NCBI GenBank assembly: GCA_963781585.1
Contig: CAWAGQ010000006.1
Location: 160,001-224,000, forward strand
Origin: an uncultured Gemmatimonadaceae bacterium
Lineage (GTDB): Bacteria > Gemmatimonadota > Gemmatimonadetes > Gemmatimonadales > Gemmatimonadaceae
Length of the DNA: 64,000 bases
Direction: 5' to 3'
This document shows positions 38,894 to 49,171 of this stretch, in pieces; the stretch's first letter is position 1; each line of letters starts with the position of its first letter. The translations under genes were made by a program, and so were the position numbers. Below the pieces are notes generated by a model. The model was not told the DNA's origin, did no database searches, and saw only the letters and a program-made list of their open reading frames with translations.

Positions 38894-39508
38894 ATGTGGC
38901 GTGTAGTGCGCATCGGTTCGGTCGTTCTGTCCCTGGCAGGGCTCGCACCGGCGGTGGTCCGCGGGCAGACTCAGGCGTCCGTGCGTGGTTATCTGGCGGA
39001 CAGTTCGCTCGCGCTTCTGCGGCCGTTGATCGGGCGCTGGCGACCGCTGGTGGTGATCAGTACCTCCGCGCAATCAGCAGGCGCGAGCATCGTCGCCGAG
39101 GAGTATCGCTGGGTGGTGGGCGGCAAGGCGATCCGATACGTCGAAAACTATCCGCTGGCGCATCCGGACTCGGCACAGGTGCAGGGACTGATCTACTGGA
39201 ATCCGGCGACCGAGCGGGTGGAGTTCGTGTCCGTTGCAGGGACGGGACCCGGACAGGGGCATTTGTACCAGGGTGAATTTCATGAGCTCGCGGACGGGGA
39301 TGTGGAGCGCGTGTTCGAGGGATTCTACCGGACGCCGGAGGATATTCCGGGCGACTCGTTCGGCGGGATGCGCCGGCGTTATCGCCAGCGCTTCCACATT
39401 ATCACCGCGGACAGTGTGGCCTTCACGCTGGAGTGGTTTCACGATGGGGCGTGGCGTCCGTTCGGCGGCCAGCGGGCGAGCAACACGCTGGTTCGCATCC
39501 CTGGGTAA
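38894..39508 (+). CDS. Hypothetical secreted protein (possibly a DUF1579-like beta barrel)
   Basis: SD GAGGAG, signal peptide, LRPLIGRW and IYWNP motifs. Confidence 0.6.
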   Translation: MWRVVRIGSVVLSLAGLAPAVVRGQTQASVRGYLADSSLALLRPLIGRWRPLVVISTSAQSAGASIVAEEYRWVVGGKAIRYVENYPLAHPDSAQVQGLIYWNPATERVEFVSVAGTGPGQGHLYQGEFHELADGDVERVFEGFYRTPEDIPGDSFGGMRRRYRQRFHIITADSVAFTLEWFHDGAWRPFGGQRASNTLVRIPG

Positions 39509-39642
39509 ATTCCGGGTCGGCAGCGGCGGCCAACGGACTCGCGGGAGTGCTCCCGGAGCACAAGTCGCGCGGTTTGCACCGACGCCCGCGCGTGCCTTCA
39601 CAGAGCGGGAACGGAGCAACCGATCCAATGAGGAGGTTACGT

Positions 39643-40299
39643 ATGACGAATGCATCCATTCGTTTGCCGATCATCATGATGCTCGCACTCTTCTTCCCGA
39701 GCGTCGTCGTGGCGCAGCGCGGGAATGGAGGGCAGGCGCCGCGACCCGAAGTCCTGCCGCGGGCGCAGGAAATGGAGCTCGCGTTGAGCGCCGCGCCGGA
39801 ACAGCTGCGGCCGGGCGCCGGTGTGTACGTGCTGGAGGACCACGGGTACGTACAGGTCCGCTCGAGCTCGAACGGATTCACCTGCATCGTCAATCGCGAT
39901 GCGCCCAAGGCCATCAAGCCCACCTGTTACGACGCGGAGGGAACAGCCACCATCATTCCCAAGGTGCTTCGCGTCGGTGAGATGCTGATGCAGGGGAAGT
40001 CGGCTGGGGAGATCGATGCCATGGAGGAGGAGGGATTCCGAGATGGGACCTTCATCGCCCCGCGGCGTCCGGGCGTGGCGTACATGCTCTCCGAGCATAT
40101 TCGGAACGAGGACCCGGCCACGGGCCAGACCAGCGGTTTCCCGCCGCACATCATGTTCTACGCCCCCAACCTGACGAATGCCGATCTGGGAGTGACGCCC
40201 GAGGCCATGCGCGCGTATCCGTTTCTTCCGTTCATCGCATATCAGGGCCCGCACGGGTTCATGGTCGTGGTCCCCGACTGGAAGAAGGGATCGGGGTAG
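39643..40299 (+). CDS. Hypothetical secreted protein
   Basis: SD AGGAGG, signal peptide, ALSAAP, NGFTC, PTC, GVAYMLS, PPHIMFY. Confidence 0.7.
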   Translation: MTNASIRLPIIMMLALFFPSVVVAQRGNGGQAPRPEVLPRAQEMELALSAAPEQLRPGAGVYVLEDHGYVQVRSSSNGFTCIVNRDAPKAIKPTCYDAEGTATIIPKVLRVGEMLMQGKSAGEIDAMEEEGFRDGTFIAPRRPGVAYMLSEHIRNEDPATGQTSGFPPHIMFYAPNLTNADLGVTPEAMRAYPFLPFIAYQGPHGFMVVVPDWKKGSG

Positions 40300-40416
40300 C
40301 TTCAGCCCGTCGCTGACCAGAGCGGATTCGCGCTTCTGGCATCCTCCGACGTACGTTGGACAGGTCATTCATGTCCCGCGGCACGACGAGTTCGGACGCG
40401 GAACCGGAGTAGCGTC

Positions 40417-41547
40417 ATGCCACGTGCAGTCATCCTCGCTTGTCTGCTCGTGCCTGTGGTTGGCTCAGGGCAGCTCGCGTGTCGCGGCATGCCCGGCGGT
40501 GCACCGGCGCCCGCACTCGCTCAGACCGAAACCTGGCCGGCGCTTGGCGACGAGCTTGTTCTCGGTCGCGATGTGCGCGCCGACCTGCTCTCGGATGGGA
40601 GCGCCGTCGTCATCGACCGCTCGAAGCTGGAGCTGCTTCGGGTTGACCGAAAGAGCGGCCGCGTGACGACTCTCGCACACAAGGGGCCGGGGCCGGGAGA
40701 GATCGGATCGGTTGTCGGTGTAGTCGTCACGGTCGGCGACACGATTGTGGTGCTCGATCTCTCGAAGCGGCGAGCGATGCGCCTGGACATACAGGGGAAA
40801 TTGATCGCGGCGCCCCCATATCAACCTGTCGGCCTGCCGTTTCCGGTACTGCTCGCCGCCAGCGGCGGCGACGTCATCGAGGTGACTCGGAATCGCCCTC
40901 AACGAGGCAAGGCGGAGCCTCCGGTGATGATTATCCGGACTCTGGATCGGGACTCGGCGCGCGTCGCGCGTACGGTCGAGTTGAGCGATCCCCCTTCGGA
41001 GCCTGGCATCTTCACACCCAATGGGGTCGCCGCGCCCGCGGGCGACGGGCACGTCCTCCTCGCCTCTGGTGCGAGCGGCGACGTGCTCGTGGCCTCGCTG
41101 CGTGACACTACCGACAGCGTGGTCCATCTCGGAATCGGACCGCCGCAGAGACTCACGCGCGACTTCGCCGAGCGTGTGATGACGCAGGCGATGACGCAGC
41201 TTCCTGCTCAGGATCGTCCTCGAGCAATCGCCGCCTTGCTCGGAGCGCTGCCGCTCGCTCCGTTCTATCCGATGTTCTCCCGCATCCTGGTGGGGACATC
41301 AGGTTCCCTGTGGGTGCAACGCACGTACCCCGCAGCCGGCGACACGGCATCCTCCGACGCCCCGGCCACGTTTTCGATGGACGATCTGGGCGGCTTCGTG
41401 TGGCAGCAATTCGGACGTCAGGGTGCACTCTCGGCGGAGTGTCGTACTCCTTCGGAATGGCGGGTCGTGCTCGCGCGCCGGAGCGAAATCCTGTTCGCGG
41501 AGGATGACGCGACCGCGACGCGATTCTTCACCTGGCGACTGCGGTGA
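40417..41547 (+). CDS. Putative 6-bladed beta-propeller lipoprotein
   Basis: QLAC lipobox-like motif, KGPGPGEI propeller motif, GSLWV. Confidence 0.55.
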   Translation: MPRAVILACLLVPVVGSGQLACRGMPGGAPAPALAQTETWPALGDELVLGRDVRADLLSDGSAVVIDRSKLELLRVDRKSGRVTTLAHKGPGPGEIGSVVGVVVTVGDTIVVLDLSKRRAMRLDIQGKLIAAPPYQPVGLPFPVLLAASGGDVIEVTRNRPQRGKAEPPVMIIRTLDRDSARVARTVELSDPPSEPGIFTPNGVAAPAGDGHVLLASGASGDVLVASLRDTTDSVVHLGIGPPQRLTRDFAERVMTQAMTQLPAQDRPRAIAALLGALPLAPFYPMFSRILVGTSGSLWVQRTYPAAGDTASSDAPATFSMDDLGGFVWQQFGRQGALSAECRTPSEWRVVLARRSEILFAEDDATATRFFTWRLR

Positions 41548-41553
41548 GGTCTC

Positions 41554-42102
41554 ATGCGAGGACGGAGCGACAACCATCGCGGTACCATCGAGTGGTTGAG
41601 GTGGTCGGCAGGCATTGCACGCCGCCCGGCCGGTACCCTGTTGCTCGCGGCCGGCGCGTGCATGCCGTTCGTTCAGCCGGTCGGCACGCTCAGTCCCGTT
41701 CTGGGCCCACGCGACTCGCTCGCCCTCGCCTACGACACCGGACGGTGCGACGGGTTGATAATCTATCCAAGCCATCGCCCGGGCATCGTGTTCTATCTGG
41801 CCGTGCCGGTGGGTTTGATGGTCGCCAATCGGACCGGCAACTACTGGATGGTGCCAGTCTCAATGACGGCGGCGCGGTTCGGTGAGGCGCTGGGGTCGTA
41901 CGGAAGAACGCGCGCTGCGGTACCGGCGCCACCCGATTCCATGCGCTCCCGCTACGGACTGAACTCCCCGGTGCTGTGGAATCAGTACGGCCGTGGATTC
42001 GGCAGAGCGGTCGAGGATCGGCGACGTGCGGACCTCAACGGCAGCCTTCGATCCGCGCTAATCGGTGCGTTCATCCTGATCCCGTTGCTGGCACGGCGCT
42101 GA
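41554..42102 (+). CDS. Hypothetical membrane protein/lipoprotein (start uncertain)
   Basis: LLLAAGAC and hydrophobic segments; co-oriented, 6 bp after the previous stop. Confidence 0.45.
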   Translation: MRGRSDNHRGTIEWLRWSAGIARRPAGTLLLAAGACMPFVQPVGTLSPVLGPRDSLALAYDTGRCDGLIIYPSHRPGIVFYLAVPVGLMVANRTGNYWMVPVSMTAARFGEALGSYGRTRAAVPAPPDSMRSRYGLNSPVLWNQYGRGFGRAVEDRRRADLNGSLRSALIGAFILIPLLARR

Positions 42103-42341
42103 CGCGGCCGGGCAGGTCGGTACCGGCTCGGTGCGCGAGGCCCCGGGGAAGGGTTCCGTTTGGAGCGCGCGTGGGCCCGCCCTGTCGCGCACCTGGTGGG
42201 GCCGCGGCGTTCCTTCGGGCGCCGGGACCTCTCACGCGGGCGCGAGAGAGCGCCGGGTATTAACATGCCACGGATGACCGACTGCCTGGCGCTTCGCCCG
42301 AAGTGGCTGCGGACTGCGCGCAAGGACGCCATCGCGCCCTC

Positions 42342-43229
42342 ATGACCAGCGCCATTGCGATTGCCACGTTAGGCTTCTTCCTCGGCATGCGGCACGCGAC
42401 CGACGCCGACCACGTGATCGCAGTGACCACGATCGTGGCGCGGCATCGGAGCCTGAAGAGCGCGGCCTGGATCGGCGCCGTGTGGGGGATCGGGCACACC
42501 GTCACGATCCTGGTGGTGGGCGGCGCGATCATTCTCTTCAGCTGGGTCATCCCGCCGCGTATCGGATTGTCGATGGAGCTGGCGGTCGGACTGATGCTGG
42601 TCGCGCTGGGCGTGATGAATCTCGGCGGGTTCTGGCAGCGGGTGCAGGAAGTACAGCCTGCGCCGGAGGCGCCGGCGCATGGGCACGCGGCCGCACCTCC
42701 GGCGCAGGCGCCGTCGTGTCCTGCCGTGGATCCCCGTGGGCACGCGCACGAGCTCCCGCACGTCCACTCCCATGCGCACCGCCACGGCGACTACATCCAC
42801 ACCCATGCGCACGAGCACGACCCCGAACGTCACCCGCATGATCCCGATCGAACGCCGTTGAGCCGCCTCGACCAGCGACTGGGATCCTTGCGCCTGTACC
42901 AGCTCGCGCGCCCGCTGGTTGTGGGCGTTGTGCATGGGCTGGCCGGGTCAGCCGCCATTGCCCTGCTGGTGCTCACCACCATCCGGAGCACGACCTGGGG
43001 CGTCGTGTATCTGCTCATCTTCGGGCTCGGCACCATCGCCGGCATGATGCTCGTCACCGCCGTGGTCAGCGTCCCGTTCGCCATGACCGGCGCCCAGTTC
43101 GGCCGCCTGAATCGGCAGCTCCGGATCGCATCCGGCGTGGTGAGTCTCGCCTTCGGACTGTTCATTGCCTGGCGGATCGGCATCGTCGGCGGGCTGTTCA
43201 CCGGCCATCCGCAGTGGACGCCGCGGTAG
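42342..43229 (+). CDS. High-affinity Ni/Co transporter (NiCoT/UreH-like) with His-rich loop
   Basis: GMRHATDADH signature, WGIGHT, HVHSHAHRHGDYIHTHAHEH, GVVHGLAGSAA. Confidence 0.88.
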   Translation: MTSAIAIATLGFFLGMRHATDADHVIAVTTIVARHRSLKSAAWIGAVWGIGHTVTILVVGGAIILFSWVIPPRIGLSMELAVGLMLVALGVMNLGGFWQRVQEVQPAPEAPAHGHAAAPPAQAPSCPAVDPRGHAHELPHVHSHAHRHGDYIHTHAHEHDPERHPHDPDRTPLSRLDQRLGSLRLYQLARPLVVGVVHGLAGSAAIALLVLTTIRSTTWGVVYLLIFGLGTIAGMMLVTAVVSVPFAMTGAQFGRLNRQLRIASGVVSLAFGLFIAWRIGIVGGLFTGHPQWTPR

Positions 43230-43234
43230 GCGCG

Positions 43235-43534
43235 ATGCTTCTGGAACTGCGACCTGTGTCGCGCAAGACGCCACTCGACGGCAAACTCGAGATCACGGCG
43301 GCGGCTGCCGATCGGCTGGCGGCGCTGGGGCCGGAGTTTCTGCTCTCGGTCGACGAGCGCCAGACGACCGGATGTCTGCGTGCGCTCGCATGCACTTGCG
43401 CGAAGGGGGCCGGACCGTCGCACGTGCACCACTTTCTCGAGAGTCCCGCCCTCCGTGCACTGTTGCCTGGGGTCGAGGTGCGGGTCGAGCTGGACGAGGC
43501 GGCGGGCATTGTGCGAGTCGGAACCCGGGGCTGA
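43235..43534 (+). CDS. Small hypothetical protein with CxC...HxHH motif
   Basis: ATG 5 bp after the transporter stop; ACTCAKG...SHVHHFLES. Confidence 0.65.
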   Translation: MLLELRPVSRKTPLDGKLEITAAAADRLAALGPEFLLSVDERQTTGCLRALACTCAKGAGPSHVHHFLESPALRALLPGVEVRVELDEAAGIVRVGTRG

Positions 43535-43548
43535 CGTGCCCGTTCCCG

Positions 43549-43571
43549 TAATTGGGGTCAGACCCCAATTA
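43549..43571. repeat. REP-like palindrome TAATTGGGGTC-A-GACCCCAATTA
   Basis: Perfect 11-1-11 palindrome; related copy at 49149-49171. Confidence 0.85.
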
Positions 43572-43671
43572 GTCCAACTTCACTTGCCGCGGCCCCGTGA
43601 CAATCCCCGCCCGCGGCATCAGCTTAGGGAAGCACCCCCCAACCATACCACCACCCTTCAGGAGTCTGAGG

Positions 43672-45360
43672 ATGAAGCTCACCGCTCTCGCTGGCGTCCT
43701 GACGATCGCCGCGGCCAACACGGTGTGCACGCTGCCACTGGCGGCGCAAGAGAAGGTCGACGTCGCCACGGTCCAGCGCATCAAGGCCGAAGAGATGCAG
43801 CACTCCCAGGTCATGGACATCATGAGCTGGCTGTCCGATGTCTACGGCCCGCGACTCACCTGGTCGCCGAACCTCACCCGAGCAAAGGTGTGGGCGATGG
43901 GCCAGATGAAGTCATGGGGCCTGGCCAACGTCCATGAGGAGATGTGGGACACGCCCCCGGGACTCGGCTGGGAGAACGAGCGGTTCTCCTTCATGGCGAC
44001 GTCCCCCATGCCGTTCATCGTCGAGGCGGTGCCGCGCGCGTGGTCGGCGAGCACGAAGGGTACGGTTACCGGGCCGGCACTGATGGTGAGCGCCGAATGC
44101 TCGGACGAGCTGAAGCAGATGTACGCGGGAAAACTGCATAACGCATTCGTGATGACGTCGCCGCCGGAAGAGCAGGCCGTGAACGACTTCGAGCCAACGG
44201 CGTCACGCTACTCCGATTCCGCCTTGGCAGTCATGGCGGCCGCGCAGCCGGCCGCTGCGGGCGGTCGCGGTGGTCGGGGCGGAGGCGCTCCGCCGCAGCG
44301 CTCGGCGGTGTGCCAGGCGCAATTCAAGCGTGACTCGATTGCGACGGCCGCATCCGGCCGCGGTGGGGGACGGGGTGGATTCTTCGGCGGGCGCGGCGGA
44401 CTCAACATGAGCGACACCACCACGCTCCGATGGATGGAAGCACAAGGGACCGCGGCCGTCCTGCTGGAGGACACGCGGCATGTCGGCGGCGACATCGGCA
44501 CCGACAACGGCGCGTCGCGCGCTGCCGGCGCGCCCCAGGTCCCGTTCGTGCACGTCGCGCGGGAATCGTATGGACGCATCGCACGCATGGTGGAGAAAAA
44601 GGTCCCGGTCGCACTCGAGCTGAACATGCAGAACAGGTTCTTCCCCGAGAACAAGACCTCGTTCGACATCATCGGCGAGATCCCCGGAACCGACCCGCAG
44701 CTCAAGGACCAGGTGGTGATGATCGGCGCCCACTTCGATTCGTGGCACTCCGGAACGGGTGCAACGGACAACGGCGCGGGCTCCGGTGTGATGCTCGAGG
44801 CGATGCGGCTCCTCAAGTCACTCAACCTGCAGCCTCGGCGGACGATCCGGATCGGACTCTGGACCGGAGAAGAGCAGGGACTTCTGGGATCGCGCGCGTA
44901 CGTCGCGAAGCACTTCGGCACCACCGACGCGAGCGGGTTCCACCCCACCGCGGAGCAGGCAAAGTTCGCCGCCTACTTCAACGTCGATAACGGAAGCGGC
45001 AAGATCCGCGGCGTGTACCTCCAGGGGATTGAAGCAGAACGTCCGATCTTCGATGCCTGGATGGATCCGTTCAAGGGAATGGGGATGAATACGCTGACGA
45101 TCCGGAACACCGGTGGTACGGATCACCTCTCGTACATCGGCGTGGGACTCCCCGGCTTCCAGTTCATCCAGGATCCGCTCGACTACGGCAACGTCACACA
45201 CCATACCAACCAGGACGTCTACGAACGGCTACAGCCTGACGACATGAAGTTCAACGCGGCGGTGGTGGCCAGCTTCGCCTGGTTGGCCGCTCAGCGCGAT
45301 GAGATGCTGCCCCGGCCACCGCTACCAACGGCGGTGCAGGGCGGTCGCGGAGGCCGGTAG
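43672..45360 (+). CDS. M28 (M20/M25/M40 clan) metallopeptidase, secreted
   Basis: GAHFDSW, GATDNGAG, WTGEEQGLLGS, NVDNG, GGTDH, THHTNQD; GGRGG low-complexity inserts. Confidence 0.9.
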   Translation: MKLTALAGVLTIAAANTVCTLPLAAQEKVDVATVQRIKAEEMQHSQVMDIMSWLSDVYGPRLTWSPNLTRAKVWAMGQMKSWGLANVHEEMWDTPPGLGWENERFSFMATSPMPFIVEAVPRAWSASTKGTVTGPALMVSAECSDELKQMYAGKLHNAFVMTSPPEEQAVNDFEPTASRYSDSALAVMAAAQPAAAGGRGGRGGGAPPQRSAVCQAQFKRDSIATAASGRGGGRGGFFGGRGGLNMSDTTTLRWMEAQGTAAVLLEDTRHVGGDIGTDNGASRAAGAPQVPFVHVARESYGRIARMVEKKVPVALELNMQNRFFPENKTSFDIIGEIPGTDPQLKDQVVMIGAHFDSWHSGTGATDNGAGSGVMLEAMRLLKSLNLQPRRTIRIGLWTGEEQGLLGSRAYVAKHFGTTDASGFHPTAEQAKFAAYFNVDNGSGKIRGVYLQGIEAERPIFDAWMDPFKGMGMNTLTIRNTGGTDHLSYIGVGLPGFQFIQDPLDYGNVTHHTNQDVYERLQPDDMKFNAAVVASFAWLAAQRDEMLPRPPLPTAVQGGRGGR

Positions 45361-45384
45361 CGCAGATGTCGATGGGGAGATGCG

Positions 45385-45430
45385 CGGTTGCGGCGAAGGG
45401 GCGGCTCAGGCCGCCCCTTCGCTGCAACCG
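45385..45430. terminator. 21-bp hairpin between convergent genes
   Basis: cggttgcggcgaaggggcggc-tcag-gccgccccttcgctgcaaccg (one G-U pair). Confidence 0.7.
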
Positions 45431-45472
45431 GCGCTGCCGCACGCCACGTGCCCATGAGCCATGACCTCCGGG

Positions 45473-46888
45473 CTATAAGCTGTCCTTCTCGGGCAACGGG
45501 AGGCTGACACGGAATTCTGTGCGCCCAGGCCGCGTTTCCAGTTCCACGCTTCCACCGTGCTGCTGAACCTGACGACGCACGATGTCGAGTCCCAGGCCCG
45601 TGCCCTGTCCGACGGGTTTGGTGGTGAAGAAGGGGTCGAAGATGCGACCGGATATCTCATCGGGGATTCCGGGGCCGTTGTCGATGACACGGACCACCAC
45701 CCAGCCGCGCTCGTGCTGCGCCGTGACGGTCACCTGCCCCGACGCCGGCACCGCATCGATGGCGTTGTCGATGAGATTGGCCCACACCTGATTCAGCTCG
45801 CCGCCGGACCCCATCACCCGCGGCAATTCAGGCTCCAGCTCGAGTCGCACTCCCACCGATTTCTGGCGTGCCTTGGAGCTGAGGACCGCGATGGTGTCGG
45901 AGAGCCCTCGCCCGACATCGAGCGGTTCCGGCGTGGAGGGGCGATCCATATGGGTGAAGCCCTTGACCGCGCTCACCAGAGTGTAGACGCGTGACGCCGC
46001 CTTCTCGATGTCCGACACCAGTCCACGCGTGGCACAGCCTGATGCGATCCAGCGAACGGCCGCGTCGAGCGCGGTGCCGTGGACGACCTGCGCCATGTCA
46101 TCGAGCATCGGCAAGGTGACGGCGGAGTCGGCGAGCGCGTGTGCCGCCCCGACATCGAGTTCGCGCGCCACCAGCCACTCGGCGATGGAGTCCTCGCGGT
46201 CTGCGCGCTCGAGGGGCGACTGCACACCGGCCGGCGCCCCCACGCACAACTCGCGCACGTGCTTCAAGGCGCCAAGGGCCGCGTCCGAGAGTCCCGCCGC
46301 ACCCAGTACCAGCGCGGCTTCGTCCGACTCCGCCAGCGTTCCCGCCAGCAGCGTGGCGCTTCGCGCCGCGGCCGATGCCGGATTGTTCAACTCGTGCGCG
46401 AGCCCGGCGGCCAGCTTTCCCAGCGACATCATCTTCTCGACCTGCGAGTCGTCCGCGCGGAAGACACGGGCGCGGTCGAGCATGACGTGCACCAGAAGGG
46501 TGGCGATCTCGGGACATTCCCGGATCAGAGCCGGGAAATGTCGGCGGTGAATGGCCAGTGCCTCCGACACCTCTTCGGAGTAAACCTGGCCAGGCGAGAA
46601 CTTCATGCGCGAGTAGGGGAGGTTGCCCACCACATCGCCGCCGACCCACTCCATCACCTTTCGCCGGGCACCGCCGCGATCGAGGTAAATTGCGATGTGG
46701 CCCGAGAAGAGCACGTAGAGATAGTCGATGGCATTCGCCACCGCCGTGACGTTGTCGCCCTTGCCGAACTGCACAAGACCGCCGTGCGACACCAGCCAGG
46801 CGAGCTCCTCGCGCGGGGCGCTGCCGAGGGTCCGGTGCGTCTGCAGACGGTCGATGAGATGCGCGGTGGTGTAAGCGGTTCCGGTCAT
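45473..46888 (-). CDS. Sensor histidine kinase with N-terminal cNMP-binding-like domain
   Basis: [16 protein letters not shown]-box, [36 protein letters not shown]. Confidence 0.92.
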   Translation of the reverse strand: MTGTAYTTAHLIDRLQTHRTLGSAPREELAWLVSHGGLVQFGKGDNVTAVANAIDYLYVLFSGHIAIYLDRGGARRKVMEWVGGDVVGNLPYSRMKFSPGQVYSEEVSEALAIHRRHFPALIRECPEIATLLVHVMLDRARVFRADDSQVEKMMSLGKLAAGLAHELNNPASAAARSATLLAGTLAESDEAALVLGAAGLSDAALGALKHVRELCVGAPAGVQSPLERADREDSIAEWLVARELDVGAAHALADSAVTLPMLDDMAQVVHGTALDAAVRWIASGCATRGLVSDIEKAASRVYTLVSAVKGFTHMDRPSTPEPLDVGRGLSDTIAVLSSKARQKSVGVRLELEPELPRVMGSGGELNQVWANLIDNAIDAVPASGQVTVTAQHERGWVVVRVIDNGPGIPDEISGRIFDPFFTTKPVGQGTGLGLDIVRRQVQQHGGSVELETRPGRTEFRVSLPLPEKDSL

Positions 46889-47065
46889 GGCGGTTCGCGG
46901 AAGTCTGCCGGCCTGCTCGCGCTGCCACAAGGCGAACAGGTCGTCGTGGCATCATTATTCTCCGAGGGTCACCCGCCGCCAGCGCGTTCCCTGGCGGGCG
47001 CCGCGGCTCCATTGCCCGATGTGAACGGGTGACAGGCAGGGCAGTTCGAACCCGAGGAGATCGCC

Positions 47066-49111
47066 GTGCGTAATCGTTCCACTCGATCCCCGTTTTCCAT
47101 GGGGCCCACGATCGCAGCCCTGACGATGAGTCTGGCGCACCCGCTGGCCGGGCAGACGCGCCCGCTGCCGCTACTCGAACCGTCCGTCAGCGTACAAACG
47201 GGCCGACCGCTGCCGGGGCCCGTTTACGAAACCTCCGCCTTCACTCGCGCCGTGGAGCGGCGAACACGCACGCGCAACGGTGCCCCCGGTGAGGCGTCGT
47301 GGACCCAGTATGCCCGCTACTATATAGATGCGCGTCTGGATCCGGCGGCGACGCGAGTGTCGGGCAGCGAACGCGTCGTCTATCTCAACAATTCGCACGA
47401 CACGCTGACGCGGGTCGCGGTTCACTTGAGACAGAACGCGTTCGCGCCCGGAAACGCGCGCCGTACGGCTGTGCCCACCACAGGCGGCATGACGCTGAAC
47501 CGGGTGGCGGTGCGCGGAACCACCGTTGCGCCGCCGTCCGGCGCACCGAACAGCAGTTCGTCGCGCACCGCCGCGTCGAGGGACAGCTACCTCGTCGACG
47601 GAACGGTCATGTGGATCACGCTGGCCACGCCCCTGATGCCGCGCGACAGCATTCGGCTCGACTTCAGCTGGTCGTACTCGCCGGCGCCGGCTCCATCCGA
47701 CGGGCGCGAGGGACGCGAGTCAGACGTCTTCTTCATGGGCTACTGGTATCCGCAAGTCGCCGTGTACGACGACGTGAATGGGTGGGTCGCCGATCAGTAT
47801 CTGCTGCAGGCCGAGTTCTACATGGACCCGGCGGACTACGACGTGCGCCTGCAGGTGCCGCGCGAGTGGGTCGTGGGCGCTACCGGTCAGCTGCAGAACC
47901 CGGACTCGGTGCTGAGCAGCGTCACGCGCGCGCGGCTTGACGAGGCGCGGCGCACCGGGAGTGTGGTCCATGTGGTGACGCCTGGACCCGAAGCATCACG
48001 CGCGCTCGCCGGCACGGGTCCGTCGCTCACCTGGCACTTCGTGGCGCGCGACGTGCGCGATTTCGCCTGGGGCGCGGGCAACGCCTACGTGTGGGACGCG
48101 ACCCGCGCAATCATCACCGGCGCCGGCGGCCGTCCCGACACCGTCACCATCAACAGCTTCTATCGGCGTCACCCGCCGGCGTCAGCCTGGGCGACGGGCG
48201 GCGCGCGCTACACCCGCGACGCCATCGAGCAGCTCTCCGCGTACCTCTGGCCGTATCCGTGGCCCCAGATGACCTCGATGGAGGGGATCCTCGACGGCGG
48301 CGGCATGGAGTATCCGATGATGACCATCATGCAGCCCTGGGCGGACACGCTCTCGCTGGCGGGCGACCTGATGCACGAGACGGGACACATGTGGTTCCCG
48401 ATGCAGGTGGGATCGAACGAGACCCGGTATCCGTGGATGGACGAGGGCTTCACGCAGTTCGACGATGCCCAGGGAATGCGCGTGCTGTACGGCGAGCCGC
48501 GTAGTGGCGGGCGGCCTAACGATTCTGAACCTGGACAGCGGCGCCTCTATCTGGACGCGGCGCGCGCCGGCAACGATCAGCGGCTGATGGTACCGGGCGA
48601 TCTGTATCCCGCCGAGTGGTACTTCATCATGTACTACGACAAGACCGCGCAGGTGCTGGCGGCGCTGCGCGGGATGCTGGGAGAGGAGACGTTTCATCGC
48701 GCGTTCCGCGAGTATGGCCACCGCTGGATCGACAAGCACCCGTACCCGTACGACTTCTTCAACGCGATCGCCGATGTCTCCGGGCGCGACCTCTCCTGGT
48801 TCTGGACGACCTGGTTCTACGAGCCGTGGTCGCTGGATCAGGCGATCGCATCGGTGTCCACCGTGGGCGATTCCACGGCGATTACGATCGAGGATCGCGG
48901 GCTCGCGCCGATGCCCGTGCGCGTCGCCATCACCCGCGCCGACGGTACCGTACAGCGACTGGATCTGCCGGTGGACATCTGGTTGACCGGAGCGCGCCGC
49001 CACGAGGTGCGCGTGGCCGGCTCCCCAGCCATTACACGCATCGAGATCGATCCCGACGCGGCCTTCCCCGACATCGAGCGCCGCAACCAGGCTTGGACAG
49101 TGCCCCGATAG
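47066..49111 (+). CDS. M1 family aminopeptidase, secreted
   Basis: GGMEYP exopeptidase motif, HETGH...WMDEG (HExxH-18-E); SD GAGGAG before GTG. Confidence 0.9.
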   Translation: MRNRSTRSPFSMGPTIAALTMSLAHPLAGQTRPLPLLEPSVSVQTGRPLPGPVYETSAFTRAVERRTRTRNGAPGEASWTQYARYYIDARLDPAATRVSGSERVVYLNNSHDTLTRVAVHLRQNAFAPGNARRTAVPTTGGMTLNRVAVRGTTVAPPSGAPNSSSSRTAASRDSYLVDGTVMWITLATPLMPRDSIRLDFSWSYSPAPAPSDGREGRESDVFFMGYWYPQVAVYDDVNGWVADQYLLQAEFYMDPADYDVRLQVPREWVVGATGQLQNPDSVLSSVTRARLDEARRTGSVVHVVTPGPEASRALAGTGPSLTWHFVARDVRDFAWGAGNAYVWDATRAIITGAGGRPDTVTINSFYRRHPPASAWATGGARYTRDAIEQLSAYLWPYPWPQMTSMEGILDGGGMEYPMMTIMQPWADTLSLAGDLMHETGHMWFPMQVGSNETRYPWMDEGFTQFDDAQGMRVLYGEPRSGGRPNDSEPGQRRLYLDAARAGNDQRLMVPGDLYPAEWYFIMYYDKTAQVLAALRGMLGEETFHRAFREYGHRWIDKHPYPYDFFNAIADVSGRDLSWFWTTWFYEPWSLDQAIASVSTVGDSTAITIEDRGLAPMPVRVAITRADGTVQRLDLPVDIWLTGARRHEVRVAGSPAITRIEIDPDAAFPDIERRNQAWTVPR

Positions 49112-49148
49112 GCACGGCGGACGCCCCGTCGTGCCAGGGCGAGCGCCG

Positions 49149-49171
49149 AAAATCGAGTCTGACCCCAATTA
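49149..49171 (-). repeat. Second, imperfect REP-like palindrome TAATTGGGGTCAGACTCGATTTT
   Basis: Shares the first 15 nt with the 43549 element; its TAA is the stop codon of the amidohydrolase. Confidence 0.75.
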
